64,000 nucleotides of DNA from Lama glama (lineage: Eukaryota). The DNA is taken from the NCBI GenBank assembly GCA_028534125.1, contig CM052816.1, positions 3,722,001 through 3,786,000 on the forward strand, in the 5' to 3' direction. Made by a program: the position numbers and the translations under genes. The notes under the pieces were generated by a model. The model made no database searches. It saw only the letters and a program-made list of their open reading frames with translations, and was not told the DNA's origin. Shown piece after piece: positions 26,138-37,860 of the stretch; the stretch's first letter is position 1, and every line of letters starts with the position of its first letter.

Positions 26138-26854
26138 AAGTTTCTATTGCTAATTTCTTTTTAAAAAACTGTTGAAAACTCTCATTTTACAGACAGGAAA
26201 AAACAAAGGCCTAAGAGACAAAGGGAATTGTTCCAGATCACACCCCAGTGAGCACCTGGCCAGCGACTGGCCTGCCTCTGGCTGGCGGCCTCTGCCCCCA
26301 GCACCCCTCCCACATCACTGAGCTCCCCGAGGATGGTCACTTCTGTTTCCTGACACTGCTGAGCCTGATGCTGGTCAGGATGATGCTGAAGTTTTTAGAC
26401 CAATACAGGGGAGCATAATGGGACATGTTAGAGTGGGAGGGGTGTAGAGGGCAAACACAGGAGGGTGGGAGACTAGAGGGTGAGAGGGTGTGAGAGTGTG
26501 AGGGGGTGTGTGTGTGTGTGTGTGTGTTCTATCATGTTAGCCACTCAAGATCCACTAAGTTTGAGAGGATGGTGGAACATCTAGATGAAGAGGGAGACCT
26601 AGAACTCAGGGAAGATGCCAGGCCTGGGGACAGAAACTGAGGAGTCATCCAGCGAGGAAGTTAGATATGAAAGCGTGTTCTAACAGTGATGGAGAGACAG
26701 GCAGGCAGACCAGGAAAGCTGACTGACTGAGGGTAGAGGTGATGACCAGAAGAGGACAGCCATAATGGAGAAGAAAGATACAGAATGCAACTAATAATGT
26801 GGACGACAAATAATAATTTCAAGTAAAAATAGCACAATAATTAAAGACAATAAC

Positions 26855-27415
26855 AGTGAGCACTTAGTGAATAATTCCTATCTTTGAGCCAAGTTACTAC
26901 TTTACATAGATTATTTCATTTAGTCTTTCCAATAGTCTGAGAAGGTAGATACTTCTATTGCCCTCACTTTATAGATGAGTAAAACATAGGCACAGAGAGC
27001 TTAGATAACTTGCTTAAAGTCACACAGCTAGTAAAGGACAGAGATAGTGTTAATATTCCAGAGTCTGAGCTTTTAATTGCTACACTTCAGTAACTCTTAG
27101 GGAGCAAGAGGAAGGAAAGCAGGATTAATATTAACAGTAGCGTGAGTATTGATAGCAACACCAGCAGCTACCACTGGCCAAGGACTACCTTGTACTCAGC
27201 AATGTGTTAAGTGCATATAACACGATCGAAGATGATATGATTGAACCCTAGGGAGAACCTGAGAAGACAGATGCTCTTAGCCCAATTGGGCGGAAAAGGA
27301 AACTGACTCACTGATGTCAGTAACCTGTCTAAAGTCACACACTAGATGACAGATCAGGGATTAAGAGCCAGGTTAGCTCTAAGACCAGTACTCTTAAACC
27401 ACCGTGCTAGACCGA
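26855..27415 (-). mobile_element. Two tandem MIR SINEs
   Basis: ctttatagatgagtaaaacataggcacagagagcttagataacttgcttaaagtcacacagctagtaa, with a second copy at ~27180-27410. Confidence 0.7.
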
Positions 27416-27886
27416 CTCTTCCAGTGCACAGCCAAATTCAATGATTTTAACAGTGGGACCACAGAAATTCCTGCAAATGTTTGCACAAATAAATTCTTGG
27501 GCCATTCCACCAGAACTCATGCTTGGATCTATGAACCTCAACTTTTCAGAAGTTCCCTAGGTGATTCTTAATTCACAACCAGGTTTAGTGATCCCTATAA
27601 CAATGTATACAGGTCTCAACTGCTTCCCGCAAAATTGCCAATCTGTGAGGATTATTGTAACTTCTTGGTATGAGCACACATCCCCACCTGAAGCTTGGTG
27701 TGGCCAATGTGCCACCAAGACCCATGATCTGAGACATTTTCAAGGTGGGGGCTGGGAGTGTCATCTGTCTTGCTTCAAGACAATGGAGGTAATTGGCCTA
27801 AATCACTCTTCTGGACACCATGTCACTTTTTTTCTCAAACATACACAGTAGCATCAAACCAGTGAAATAATTAAGAGTTTCCTTAC

Positions 27887-28006
27887 CTAAAACTCTTAAT
27901 CTCTCAGCTCCTACGACCACTTCATTGTTATCTGCAGAGAAGAGCAATTTTCCAGAAACAGTCTTTACCTCAAACTTTTTGCCATAAGCTTCTACGGCTT
28001 TTGGAC
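27887..28006 (-). CDS. SGCD: Delta-sarcoglycan internal coding exon (orthologue of human exon 6), 120 nt, phase 1 to 1
   Basis: Minus strand: pyrimidine tract ttctctttctcccccttctag|GT CCA AAA GCC GTA GAA GCT TAT GGC AAA AAG TTT GAG GTA AAG ACT GTT TCT GGA AAA TTG CTC TTC TCT GCA GAT AAC AAT GAA GTG GTC GTA GGA GCT GAG AGA TTA AGA GTT TTA G|gtaagg. It encodes (G)[39 protein letters not shown](G) and joins the previous exon in frame (ACA G|GT CCA). It is absent from the ORF track. Confidence 0.97.
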
Positions 28007-28613
28007 CTAGAAGGGGGAGAAAGAGAACACATCAGTCCCGTTGCATTCAATTACAAACAGCTATTTGCAGAACACATACATTTGACAAGATTGCACTGGA
28101 CTTTAATGTAAGTGGATTGGTTCTCAGATGCCAACTGTGACAGTAAGTCTCATGACTTTAGTCATGTCTTGTCAATTACTTTTAATCATATGCTCTCCAT
28201 CTATGATTTTAAAAATGATCATGTCCTTCTTCCAAACTAATGCTTGAATGAGATTTCCCTCAGCCTACCACCACATTACTATCAAATACTTGTAGATTCT
28301 GGCTTGCATGTATCAAGGCACAGAAACCTCATCATCTCCTGAAGGACTGGCAGATCTCTGGCTAACCTCAACTACTGCAAAGGGCATCGATAAATTCAGC
28401 TGAAATCTGTCTGGCTCTTTACCCTTGAGCCACTGGCTGCATCTGACACCACTAAAGTCTATTTCCTTGGTATATAAGTCATTTCCTGGCAGAAAAGGCC
28501 ACAATATGTGGCAATCAGTTACCTTGAAATTTGTTGAATCTTTCATGCTAGAATTTCACTCAATAAAAAATAAATTTTAGAGGGTTTATTAGATGACAAA
28601 AATAGCTCTTCTT

Positions 28614-29730
28614 GTTTTCAATTCAAGTACAGTTGATTCACAATGTTGTGTTACTTTCAGGTGTACTGCAAAGTGATTCGGATATATATATATATATTAT
28701 ATATATATAAATTATATATATAATTAATTATTATATATATATATATAAAATATAATATATATATAATATATATATTATATTATAATTAATATATATATAA
28801 TTTTTTTCAGATTCTTTTCCATTATAGGTTATTACAGGATACTGAACATAGTTCTCTGTGCTATATAGTAGGTCCTTGTTTATCTATTTTATATACAGTA
28901 GTGTGTATCTATTAATCCCAAACTCCTAGTTTATTGTTCCCCTCTTTCCCTTTGGTAACCATCAGTTTGTTTTCTGTGTCTGTGAATCTGTTTTTGTTTT
29001 GTAAGTAAGTTCATCAGTATCATTTTTTTAGATTCCACAAATAAGTGATATCATATGATATTTGTCTTTGACCTACTTCACTTCAGATGATAATCTCCAG
29101 GTCCATCATGTTGTTGCAAATGGCAATACTTCATTGTTTGTGGCTAAATAATATTCCATCATGTGTGGATGCATATGTATCTATATCTGTATCTATATAT
29201 ATCTCACATCTTCTTGATCTACTCATATGTTGACAGACAGTTAGGATGCTTCCGTGTCTTGGCTATTATAAACAGACCTGCTCTGAACATTGGAGAGCGT
29301 GTATCTTTTCAAATTAGTTTTCTCTGTATACATGCCCAGGAGTGGGATTACTGGGTCATATGGTAACTCTTACTTTCAGTTTTTAAACACATCTCCATAC
29401 TATTCTCCACAGTGGCTGCACCAATTTACATTCCCACCAGCAGTGTAGGAGGCTTCCCTTTTCTCCACATCCTCTCCAGCATTTATCATCTGTGGACATT
29501 TTAATGATGGCCATTCTGATTGGTGTGTGGTGATACCTCACTGTAGTTTTGATTTCCATTTCTCTAGTAATTAGCGATGTTGAGCATGTTTTCATGCCTG
29601 TTGGCCATCTGTATGTCTTCTTTGGAGAAATGTCTATTTAGGTCTTACACCCATTTTCTGACTGGGTCTTTTTTTGTTTGTTTGTTTTGTTTTGTTTTGT
29701 TTTTAAATTGAGCCACGTAAGTTGTTTGTA
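28614..29730 (-). mobile_element. 5'-truncated LINE-1 (~1.1 kb) with internal (TA)-rich expansion
   Basis: ORF 29383-29595 ([29 protein letters not shown]...[25 protein letters not shown]) is the L1 ORF2 cysteine-rich domain. The L1 3'UTR follows. Confidence 0.92.
28682..28800. repeat. Imperfect (TA)n / pure AT tract inside L1 3'UTR
   Basis: About 120 bp with no G or C. Confidence 0.9.
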
Positions 29731-29808
29731 CTATTTTCATATAGAAAAACTTGAGGGTAGAGTTCAGAAAGCTTGTATTTTTCCAAAACTGCCCAGGTGA
29801 TTCTGATA

Positions 29809-30145
29809 CAGTTGTCCCTTAGTATGTGTGGGGGACTGGGTCCAGAACACCCCTTGGATATCAAAATCCATGGATGCTCAAGTCCCTTATATAAAATGAT
29901 GTAACATTCACATGTAACCTACACACATCCTCCCCTACACTTTATATCATCACTAAATTATTTAGGATACCTAATACAATGTAAGTGCTGTATAAATAGT
30001 CACAAATACAATGCAAATGCTATGTAAAACAGTTGTCAGCATGGAGCAAATTCAAGTTCTGCTTCTGGATCTTTCTGGATTTTCTCCCCTTAAATATTTC
30101 GATCAATACAGGGATGCAGAACTTGTGACTATGGAGGGCTGGCCA
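29809..30145. mobile_element. MER2-like TcMar-Tigger MITE inserted at TA within a MER5 remnant
   Basis: ta|cagttgtcccttagtat...caaaatccatggatgctcaagtcccttatataaaatg, preceded by the MER5 motif cccaggtgattctga. Confidence 0.75.
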
Positions 30146-30204
30146 CACAGCATGTTTGTTTCCTTCTGGTTATTCTTCAAGACGGTGTCACTCATTTGTA
30201 AAAA

Positions 30205-30770
30205 GCAGTAGTGAACGGGCCCTCAATGCCATCCAGGCAAGGATCACTAGGAATGCACTTGTGGTTGAACAAGTTGGGATACCATAAAAGGACACACAGC
30301 CTGGGGAGCCAAGGGGCTTCTCAGTAAGAAGAAAGAATTTATTATAGGATCTGGCATTATGATAGGTTATTTTTGGCAGGGCTTAAGGAAGCAAGGTTTT
30401 GTGGATTAGATGCTGTCAGAAACGGAGTAATTTTACAACTGGTTTCTTGGTAAATCTTATCTAGAGTGGAGACAACCAAAGCAATGCTAAAATTGTAATG
30501 GACAAAGAACAGACTCATACTAGCTAGGATAGAGGAAGGTTTGGTCACTCCTGTGCTTTGGGTACAGGTTTCTATTTTTAATCTACTTTCAGAGATGATC
30601 AGAGCTGCCTCTGTTTTTCTGTTTTGTCTTGATCCTTCATGGCCACCAAGTGGCCTCATCCGGTGTTGATGTTCTGTGAAATTACCTGTGCTCACACAGA
30701 ACACCGAGGCTTGGCTGACAGAGCCAGGCCAGCCCCTGGATGCCTGGGGCCGCTTTCCCCTTTGGCAAGA
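30205..30770. mobile_element. Old ERV LTR (MER21/MER77-like)
   Basis: Motifs ttgaacaagttggg, ttataggatctggc and cagaacaccgaggcttggctgacagagccaggccagcccctg; family uncertain. Confidence 0.5.
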
Positions 30771-33049
30771 CTATCAGCCTAAGAATCAGAAGGTAGACAT
30801 TATGTCCCAACTCTCTCATTTTTCTGCTAGTGTGACTTTGGGCAAATCGTTTGATCTTTCTGGACCTCATTTCCTGCATCTGTAAAATTATACTACCGCC
30901 ATCGATTCCCTTTACCTCACAGAAAGGTTAATAAAAGGATTGAATTATACTGTGTTTTATGAAAAAGAGCTGTGTAGGCGGAAAAGGGCAGTGTAACGTA
31001 GTGGACTGCTCTTGTGACAGTGACCATCACTATTTTTCTAACGCAATGGTCACAACACAGTGAAAAAAATTAATGGGCACCATCTCCTAGTGCACTTGCC
31101 TGATCTGCATCATCGTGTTAATCAGCAGACCTGCTCTCTTGCCAGCACATCCACACTAGCCTTCCGGCCAAAAGGAGGACCCTGGAAAGGCTCCTGGATG
31201 AGCGGGCGATGGAAACAGCAGACATGGCGACCCTTCCAAAGGGGATGGGACCTGCACCCTGTCTTCTGTGACTGCCTTCCCGCCGTAAGCCAGACCACCA
31301 AGGCGCAGCGAGGCTTGGCGCTCTCCCGAGGCCACCGAGTGAGCTGACGGCAGACCTGGGCGTGGAGCTGCGCTCTTGGAACTGTTCCCCAGCAGAAAAG
31401 GGATGCTTATTTGCCTGTAAAGGAAAAGGAGGCCGGAGCTTTTGGAGGGCGACAGGGGTAGGAAGCTGGAGACGAGGACGGGAGATCCTGAGGGAACAGA
31501 GACGCACAGTCTGGGCTTTGTTAGCGACCGTTAGGTTGTTCAGGGAGGGTTCAGAGGTCATTCCCTTCTTGGTCAGGACAAAAGCTTCAGTGGAATCTGT
31601 ATTACTTGGTAATGCTTTGGAGCTGTTACCCCTTTTTTTTTTTAGGGGGGAGACTGGAGATCAGGAAGTAGAGCGCTCATGAATGAATCAATGAGTGACC
31701 TGAGCGTGGGCACAGGGTGAGCAGAGTTTGCCCACTCCGGATCGGATCCAGTCAGACAGCAAAGCAGCAGTGTGACTGGGGGACACAGGTACTGGGACTT
31801 GGCTTCCAGGGACTTGGACAATAACGAGACATGGCCCCTGCGGAGTCAAGAGCACAGGGCTGTGTGTAAACTGACTGACTCTGAACTGACGAACGAGGTG
31901 AGAGACACACCGGAGAACGTCTTAAAGGGACTGCAGCCATCAGAGAACACAAGACACAATCGAGTTATCTTGCTTTTAAGGGCTTCTCAGAACACAGAAT
32001 GGAATTTACCAGGGGCCAGAACCATTTGGGGATATGAAACCCAGTAATTGGTAGTTTTAGCTAAAACCCCAAACAGCGACCACTGGCTCCAGGGTGCAGA
32101 TGGCTTGTCCTTTTGTTGATTTTACCCCTGGGCTGCCAAACCTCCTAGGACAAGGTAAAATCTTTAAAAAAAAAAAAAGTTTCTAGAGAGAAAAGCAAAT
32201 GGAGCTGGAGACTACTCAAATATCATTCCTCTCTGGGAAGGAAAAGATCATTTTCTGTAGCCTGAAACTAACCTTCAGGCCAGCCCTTCTGTGTGGCGGT
32301 CCATGTGTGAAGCGCCTCCTCAGTTACTCTCAGCAGTGAGAACTGGAATCCATAGGGACGCACGAGCATCTCCTGGTGAATCTGCGAGCTGGACAGACCT
32401 GGGGCCACACAGCCTACTTGCCCCAGCTCCCTTGATCCCTGGGCCTGTCTACTCTGGCAAAATGCTGCATAAGACTTTTTTACACCTTTCCTCCCTGCAG
32501 GTCAGAGGGTTCCCTGTTTGGACCCACGACAGAGATGACACTGTATCAGTGGCAGTAAGGGTCAGATACACGGTGGTGGTCTCGCCTGGGAACCGTCATT
32601 TAGAGCGCTGTTTCACGAGAAAAGATGACTTGAACTGCTCACACTGGGATTTCTTCTGGGCTCTTGAGACATTCTTTAGGTAATAAGCAGAAGAATTCTT
32701 GAATCCTCAGGACTGCCTTAGTAAACCTGGCCGCGTGGACCGCAGGAGCCATTCGCTGTCAGGTAAGTACTCCAAGTGCAAGAGGCCCTGGGAGCTGTCT
32801 TCTCCTGGCACTTCTCTGTGCTTTCCACCATGTGCACAAATGGCAAAGGAGAATCCCAAAGGAAAATTTCAGTGTGGTTGTGCATTCCATTTGAACACAG
32901 CTACTGACCTCTCTAGAAGTCACCTTGAAAGGATGTTGCCGGCTGGGGCTGGGATGGGTTTTCTTCCCATCTCATTTAATATTAGCTACCTTGAGAGCCT
33001 TACCTTAAGAGGGAGGATAGGGGTCTCAGCTCCAGGGGCCTGCCCTGGG

Positions 33050-33378
33050 CAGGGGAGACAGAAAGATAGGGAGGAGCGAGGCAAGAGAGAGGAGAAAGCA
33101 ACGGAAGAGGAAAAGGAGGGAGGGAGAAGGAGAGAGAGAGGGAGAGAGAGGGAGAGAGGAGGGAGAAGAGGGTGAGGAGGAGAAAGAAAGAGGGGGCAGA
33201 GAAAAAGAGAAGGAAGAGTAGAGAGACAGCAAGGGAGTCAGGGAGGCAGAGGTGGACAAAGGGAGATGGTGAGAGGGATGAAAGGGAGAAAAGAAGGGAG
33301 TTGGAAGAGAGAGGCAAGAAGAAGGAGGCAGGGATGGAGGGGAGAGGGGAGGAGGAGGAAGGAAGGGGAGAGAGAGAC
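33050..33378. repeat. Long GA-rich polypurine low-complexity tract
   Basis: About 330 bp of almost only G and A on the + strand. Confidence 0.9.
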
Positions 33379-34757
33379 CGACTCTTGCTGAACAAGTCAT
33401 TTGGGCAGTTCCAGCTTTATCGAAACAAAATCTCCTCTGTAAACGAAATCTCCCACGACACAAAAATGGCAAGTGATCAACGGGCTAAGTAAGTTCCTTT
33501 GAAACGCGGGGAGCTGGGAGCTGGAGGTCGGATTTACTTCTCTCCTGGAGGCAATGTGCACACACGCCGCTTCCATCACTGCTTACTGAAGCTGTTTATT
33601 TAATTATTTAGCATTGTGACTGCTGGCCAGATGTTACAGAAGCGAGGCGGTGGATCCAGCTGCGTGCATGGATTCTGGGCTCTGCCTGGCGGCGTGGCAG
33701 ATCCTTCGGCGGTAGATGGTCCGCGTCACCCACTGGCGTGACTCTGCAGACTGCCGCGTGTGCACTGGCAGAGCGAGGCTCTTTCCCCAGCAAGACTCTG
33801 GCCACAAAGGCACCTGCTTCGCTGTGGCAGGTTTATTAGCAGGGCTCCAGATGTTTTAGGCACAGTAATGTTTCAGGACATTTGGGCCCCTGGCTTCTCA
33901 AAACGTCCATCTGTACACTTCTCTCTCAGCCCTGAAGCCAAACAAATAGCATCTTCTGTCTGGAAGTAGAACCATGCCATTCAGACATCACCCCCTTTTC
34001 CCTTCCAGTGACGGGGTGCATAATGGCTCTGGTTTACTGCTGCTCATAACCTATAGAGGCAGAGGGGGCACTGGTCACACTGCCCAACACGTGACCACGA
34101 CCATGAGGTCCGTGTTCATCTTTATACTCATGATTGTGAATAACCCATCCTTGTTTAAACTTCAGGACTCTGCAGCTTAAAGCCCAGTGGGTGCTTTCTG
34201 CAGCTGTTCGGAGCAGATCTGCTCTGTTAAAAGGAACCACACGGCCCTGTTCGGTGGGGGTACATCTGCATCTTGCAATTAAACTAGGTTCAAAGTCAGC
34301 ATGCACCACAAATATGGCCTGGATTCAAGCTCCCATTAAAAATCCCTTTTATAACCCATGAAGTATGATGTGCATGGTTTTTGAATACTGTGCTCTCTTC
34401 CAATTAATCCAACACTGCCAACTTCTCCAGCTCTGGAGCAGAGAGCTTTTCCGTGGTTGAGCACCAGCTGAAGCAGCTGGCTTGTGTTTAGGGGCCATGC
34501 TGCATGAAAAATAGTTTATTTCTCCTCCCCACCCCGCAAACAATCATCATCAGATTTGCATAAATTCAATGTGTATATGTGATGAGACACTATCCTTAAG
34601 TAGAATCATGGGACACACACACCATTCTGCTTTCCCACACTCTGAAATGTGTTAGCAGACACTCCTTTCTTTAGATCACATGGTGTTTCATTCAACCTTC
34701 CCTTCTGTTTCCTGAGCGCTAGGCGTGGACCAGGCACTAAGTTCTCTCTGTTCTCAC

Positions 34758-34845
34758 CTGTTATCAGCTGAGTTAGCACTTTAGTCTGGTCGTTGAGAAT
34801 GTTCACCGTAACATTTCTGGCAGATTTGAAGTACAGAGCATTACC
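34758..34845 (-). CDS. SGCD: Delta-sarcoglycan internal coding exon (orthologue of human exon 5), 88 nt, phase 0 to 1
   Basis: Minus strand reads ...tttcttattatag|GGT AAT GCT CTG TAC TTC AAA TCT GCC AGA AAT GTT ACG GTG AAC ATT CTC AAC GAC CAG ACT AAA GTG CTA ACT CAG CTG ATA ACA G|gtgaga = GNALYFKSARNVTVNILNDQTKVLTQLIT-G. This matches delta-sarcoglycan as recalled, has canonical AG/GT ends, and includes the NVT glycosylation sequon. Confidence 0.97.
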
Positions 34846-35419
34846 CTATAATAAGAAAATAGGAGAAACACATGAAACTGGCAGATTTCTAAACAAAAAA
34901 AAACTGTACTCCCAGCTTTCCAAGGGGCTGAACTTGAAAATTCTCAATGTTTAATAATCTCCATATACATGATCATTACTTGGCACTTAGCCAAAATGGA
35001 TGTTCTCCAAAGAGACACACAGATGGACAAACATGCCCAAAATAGATTTCATATACACACACACACACATTTGTTGAATCAAGAGACAGCAGGGACACAG
35101 AGCCCTTTCTGTCTTACTGCAGATGTAGTTAGCTTTGGTCCACAGAAGGACTGGGTGTCACTGACACTCTCCTAATCTCATTCTTTCTGGTTCACAGTTT
35201 CTCAAAAGGAACCAAGGAGAGCCCTTAGTGGAGAGCAAGATGCTGTGTGGCACAGCCCAGGTCTACCCCTCTGGCATGCCCACCGGCTGTGAGCACCCTG
35301 CTGCTCCTTAGGAAGATGGAGACCTTTTCGTGGAGATGTTTGTCACATGTGGATACAAAGCCCAGGAGACGTGGCATCTCAGAGGACGCCTCTGCCTCCC
35401 CTTTCTTCCTTTTCTTTCT

Positions 35420-35635
35420 TTTTTCTTTTTTGTTTTTATTGAAGTATAGTCAGTTACAATGTGCCAGTTTCTGGTGTACAGCACAATGTCCCAGTTACGC
35501 TTATACATACATATATTCTATTGATTTTCATAGTTTTCATTAAAGGTTATATTATAAGATATTGAATATAGTTTCCTACGCAATACAGAAAAAAGTTTAT
35601 TTTTAAATTTTTTTTAATATAGTGGTTATCATTTA
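35420..35635 (-). mobile_element. L1 3'-end fragment
   Basis: tttattgaagtatagtcagttacaatgtg...tttctggtgtacagcacaat is the same 3'UTR as the copy at 7385. Confidence 0.8.
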
Positions 35636-35769
35636 CGAATTCTTTCTTTTCTTTCTCCAGATTTCTTGTCCTCCATGCACCCTGTGGCTCCAACCAATCT
35701 GTCTTTTGTCACAAAGGGCACCTGATTCCTCTTTCACACTGTGGCACGCATTTGAGAATGACTCAGAAC

Positions 35770-36130
35770 AGAGGCTGGCACGGTGTTCCATAAAGGGCCT
35801 GTTAATAAATATTTCAGGTTTCACGGGACATGTTGTCTCTGTGTTAACTATTCAAATCCACCGTTTTCGTGCAAACCAGCCATTGACACTAGTCGACAAA
35901 CAGGTATGCCTGCATTCCAATGTAAATTTCTTCACTGACAATGACATTTGGATTCCAAATAATATAATTTTAAATTTAATATAATCTTACTTTGTCATAA
36001 AATATTCTTCTTCCTTTTTTCCCCCCACCCCCACAATCATTTAAAAATCTAACAATTATTCTTAGTTCCCTGGCTATAAGGAAACAGGCAGAGGGCTGGA
36101 TGTAACCCTTGGGCCACAGGTTGCCAGACA
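35770..36130. mobile_element. MER58B-like hAT MITE
   Basis: ataaagggcctgttaataaatatttcaggtttcacgggacatg...catttaaaaatctaacaattattcttag...gggccacaggttgcc. Confidence 0.65.
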
Positions 36131-37720
36131 TTCTTCCTTTCTAGGAGTAAACCAAAGCCAGAAACTAAAGGATGGAAATCAGACAGAACGTGTCAGTAAC
36201 CAGACAGTCGTTTCTAGAACAAAGAACGTGGGTGACCTTTCTCGTCTTTCTAAACCCTTGTTACCACATGGCATAAATCTGCCTGAAAATTCAGTAAAAC
36301 CACTATGGACTGAATCTCAAATACAGAAAAACTACCATCCCGTGACTTGTGAGGGAAAGGAGGATACATAAGGCTCCCTTTTCACCTTCAAAGTCTTATA
36401 TTCCAATGGGGACAATGACATGGGTGCCAACACCTCCCATACCCGGCCGAGGACAGCCAGGGTGAACAGGGAGCCGCCGACAGCGTGTGTGGAAACTTTC
36501 TGGAAGGGTGAGACTGCTCAAGGCTTAAGGCTGTGGACTGAGAAGCAAAGGAGGTGGCTTTCTTGCTTGAGCTAAGCCTGAAAAGAAGGTGGAAATGATT
36601 TTCCCAAGTTGGAATGGAAAGATGGAGCCTTGGAGGTAGGAAGGCCGTGGAATGATGGGCTAATGTTTTCTTCCTTCTAAAGCTGGCGACTGGGGGCCCC
36701 AGCCAAGCCTGCAGGTGGCAGAGTGGCAGGGGCTGTGGTGACGGGCAGCCCCCACCATGGCCTGAGGTGACTTCACAAGTTGGGGGGGGATGGGGCGGTG
36801 TCCCCAAGGCATTTTCCAGACTAATGGTCCAGAGCCGGGGTCTCCCTCACCCAGGGTTCACTGCTGAAACGGACAGCCGGTACCCAGGACCCACTCAAGC
36901 TGTGAGAACCAGTCAACCGTGGGGAAGAACTCTCGTCCCAGTGCTGAGGAGAGGACTTCTGCCACACCAGGGCCACCGCTGCTTCACGGTGATCTCCCTA
37001 CAATAGCTTGAGATTAAAACTGTGCCTGATGAAAGCAGGTTTCTGAAGGGTTTGTTTGTTTTCCAATTGGTTCAGGGAGGAAGAAATACATTGAATCTAA
37101 TCTTGACATAGGGTTGTTTTTTGTTTTTTTCCCTGTCCATTAGGAAACAAATATTAGCCTAAAATACTTTCTTTGGCATTGCCTCTGGCAGGGCTTACCG
37201 GACCTATACAAGTAATAGGAGAAATCAGAACCTGGAACCTGCACAGGAGGCCCTGTGTTTCTAGGAGTTAACGTGCTAACTCTCCCCATGCTCAGCAACC
37301 TGGCACTGTGGAGAGAGGAGCGACCCGGAATGAGAGAACTCGATCAAGTCCACTGCCGCTGACCCGCGTGTCACGTGGAGCACATCACTCAACTCTTCCG
37401 CAGTTGGTTCTCTGCATGTCCTATCACCAGCTGCTCAGGGCTAATAGCATCACTGAGTCCTGTCTCTGGGCCACATGCGCAGTAGAAGCCCTGAAGTAAA
37501 CTCGCTAGTTTCCACTCCTTCCTCTCCCCCCTTCTAGCTGGGTGACTTTGGGCAAGTTACTTAAAGTGTTCGAAGCCTCACTTTCTTGATAGGTGTGATG
37601 GTGCACATATTATTATTAAATTATTAAAATACGCATCTTATTAAAATTTTTAAATTTTAAATTCTCTATGTAACGAACTCATTGGTCCAGCGCCAGGCAC
37701 ACAGCAGGTCCTCTGTAGTT

Positions 37721-37860
37721 GGGAGGGTGAGGGTGAGGGGAGGGTGAGGACAGGGCAGGTTAGTGATGGAGGCAGGAGGAGGAGGGGGAAGGAGAGGTGG
37801 AGAAGGGGAGGTGGGGGGGAAGCAGGGAGGAGGAAGGGAAGAAGGCGGAAAAAGATAAAG
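37721..37860. repeat. G-rich low-complexity tract with G-quadruplex motif
   Basis: gggagggtgagggtgaggggaggg at 37721-37744, followed by further G runs. Confidence 0.8.

Noticed and set aside
25502..26164. 174-220 aa ORFs here, and similar ones at 60512-61132
   Set aside because: They consist of N-gap X residues.
32699..33492. Overlapping 106-158 aa ORFs rich in R/E/G or S/L/P
   Set aside because: They are artefacts of the stop-poor GA low-complexity tract.
34606..34806. ORF MNILNDQTKVLTQLITGENREN... as a standalone gene
   Set aside because: It starts at an internal GTG (Val) of SGCD exon 5 and reads through the donor site into the intron.
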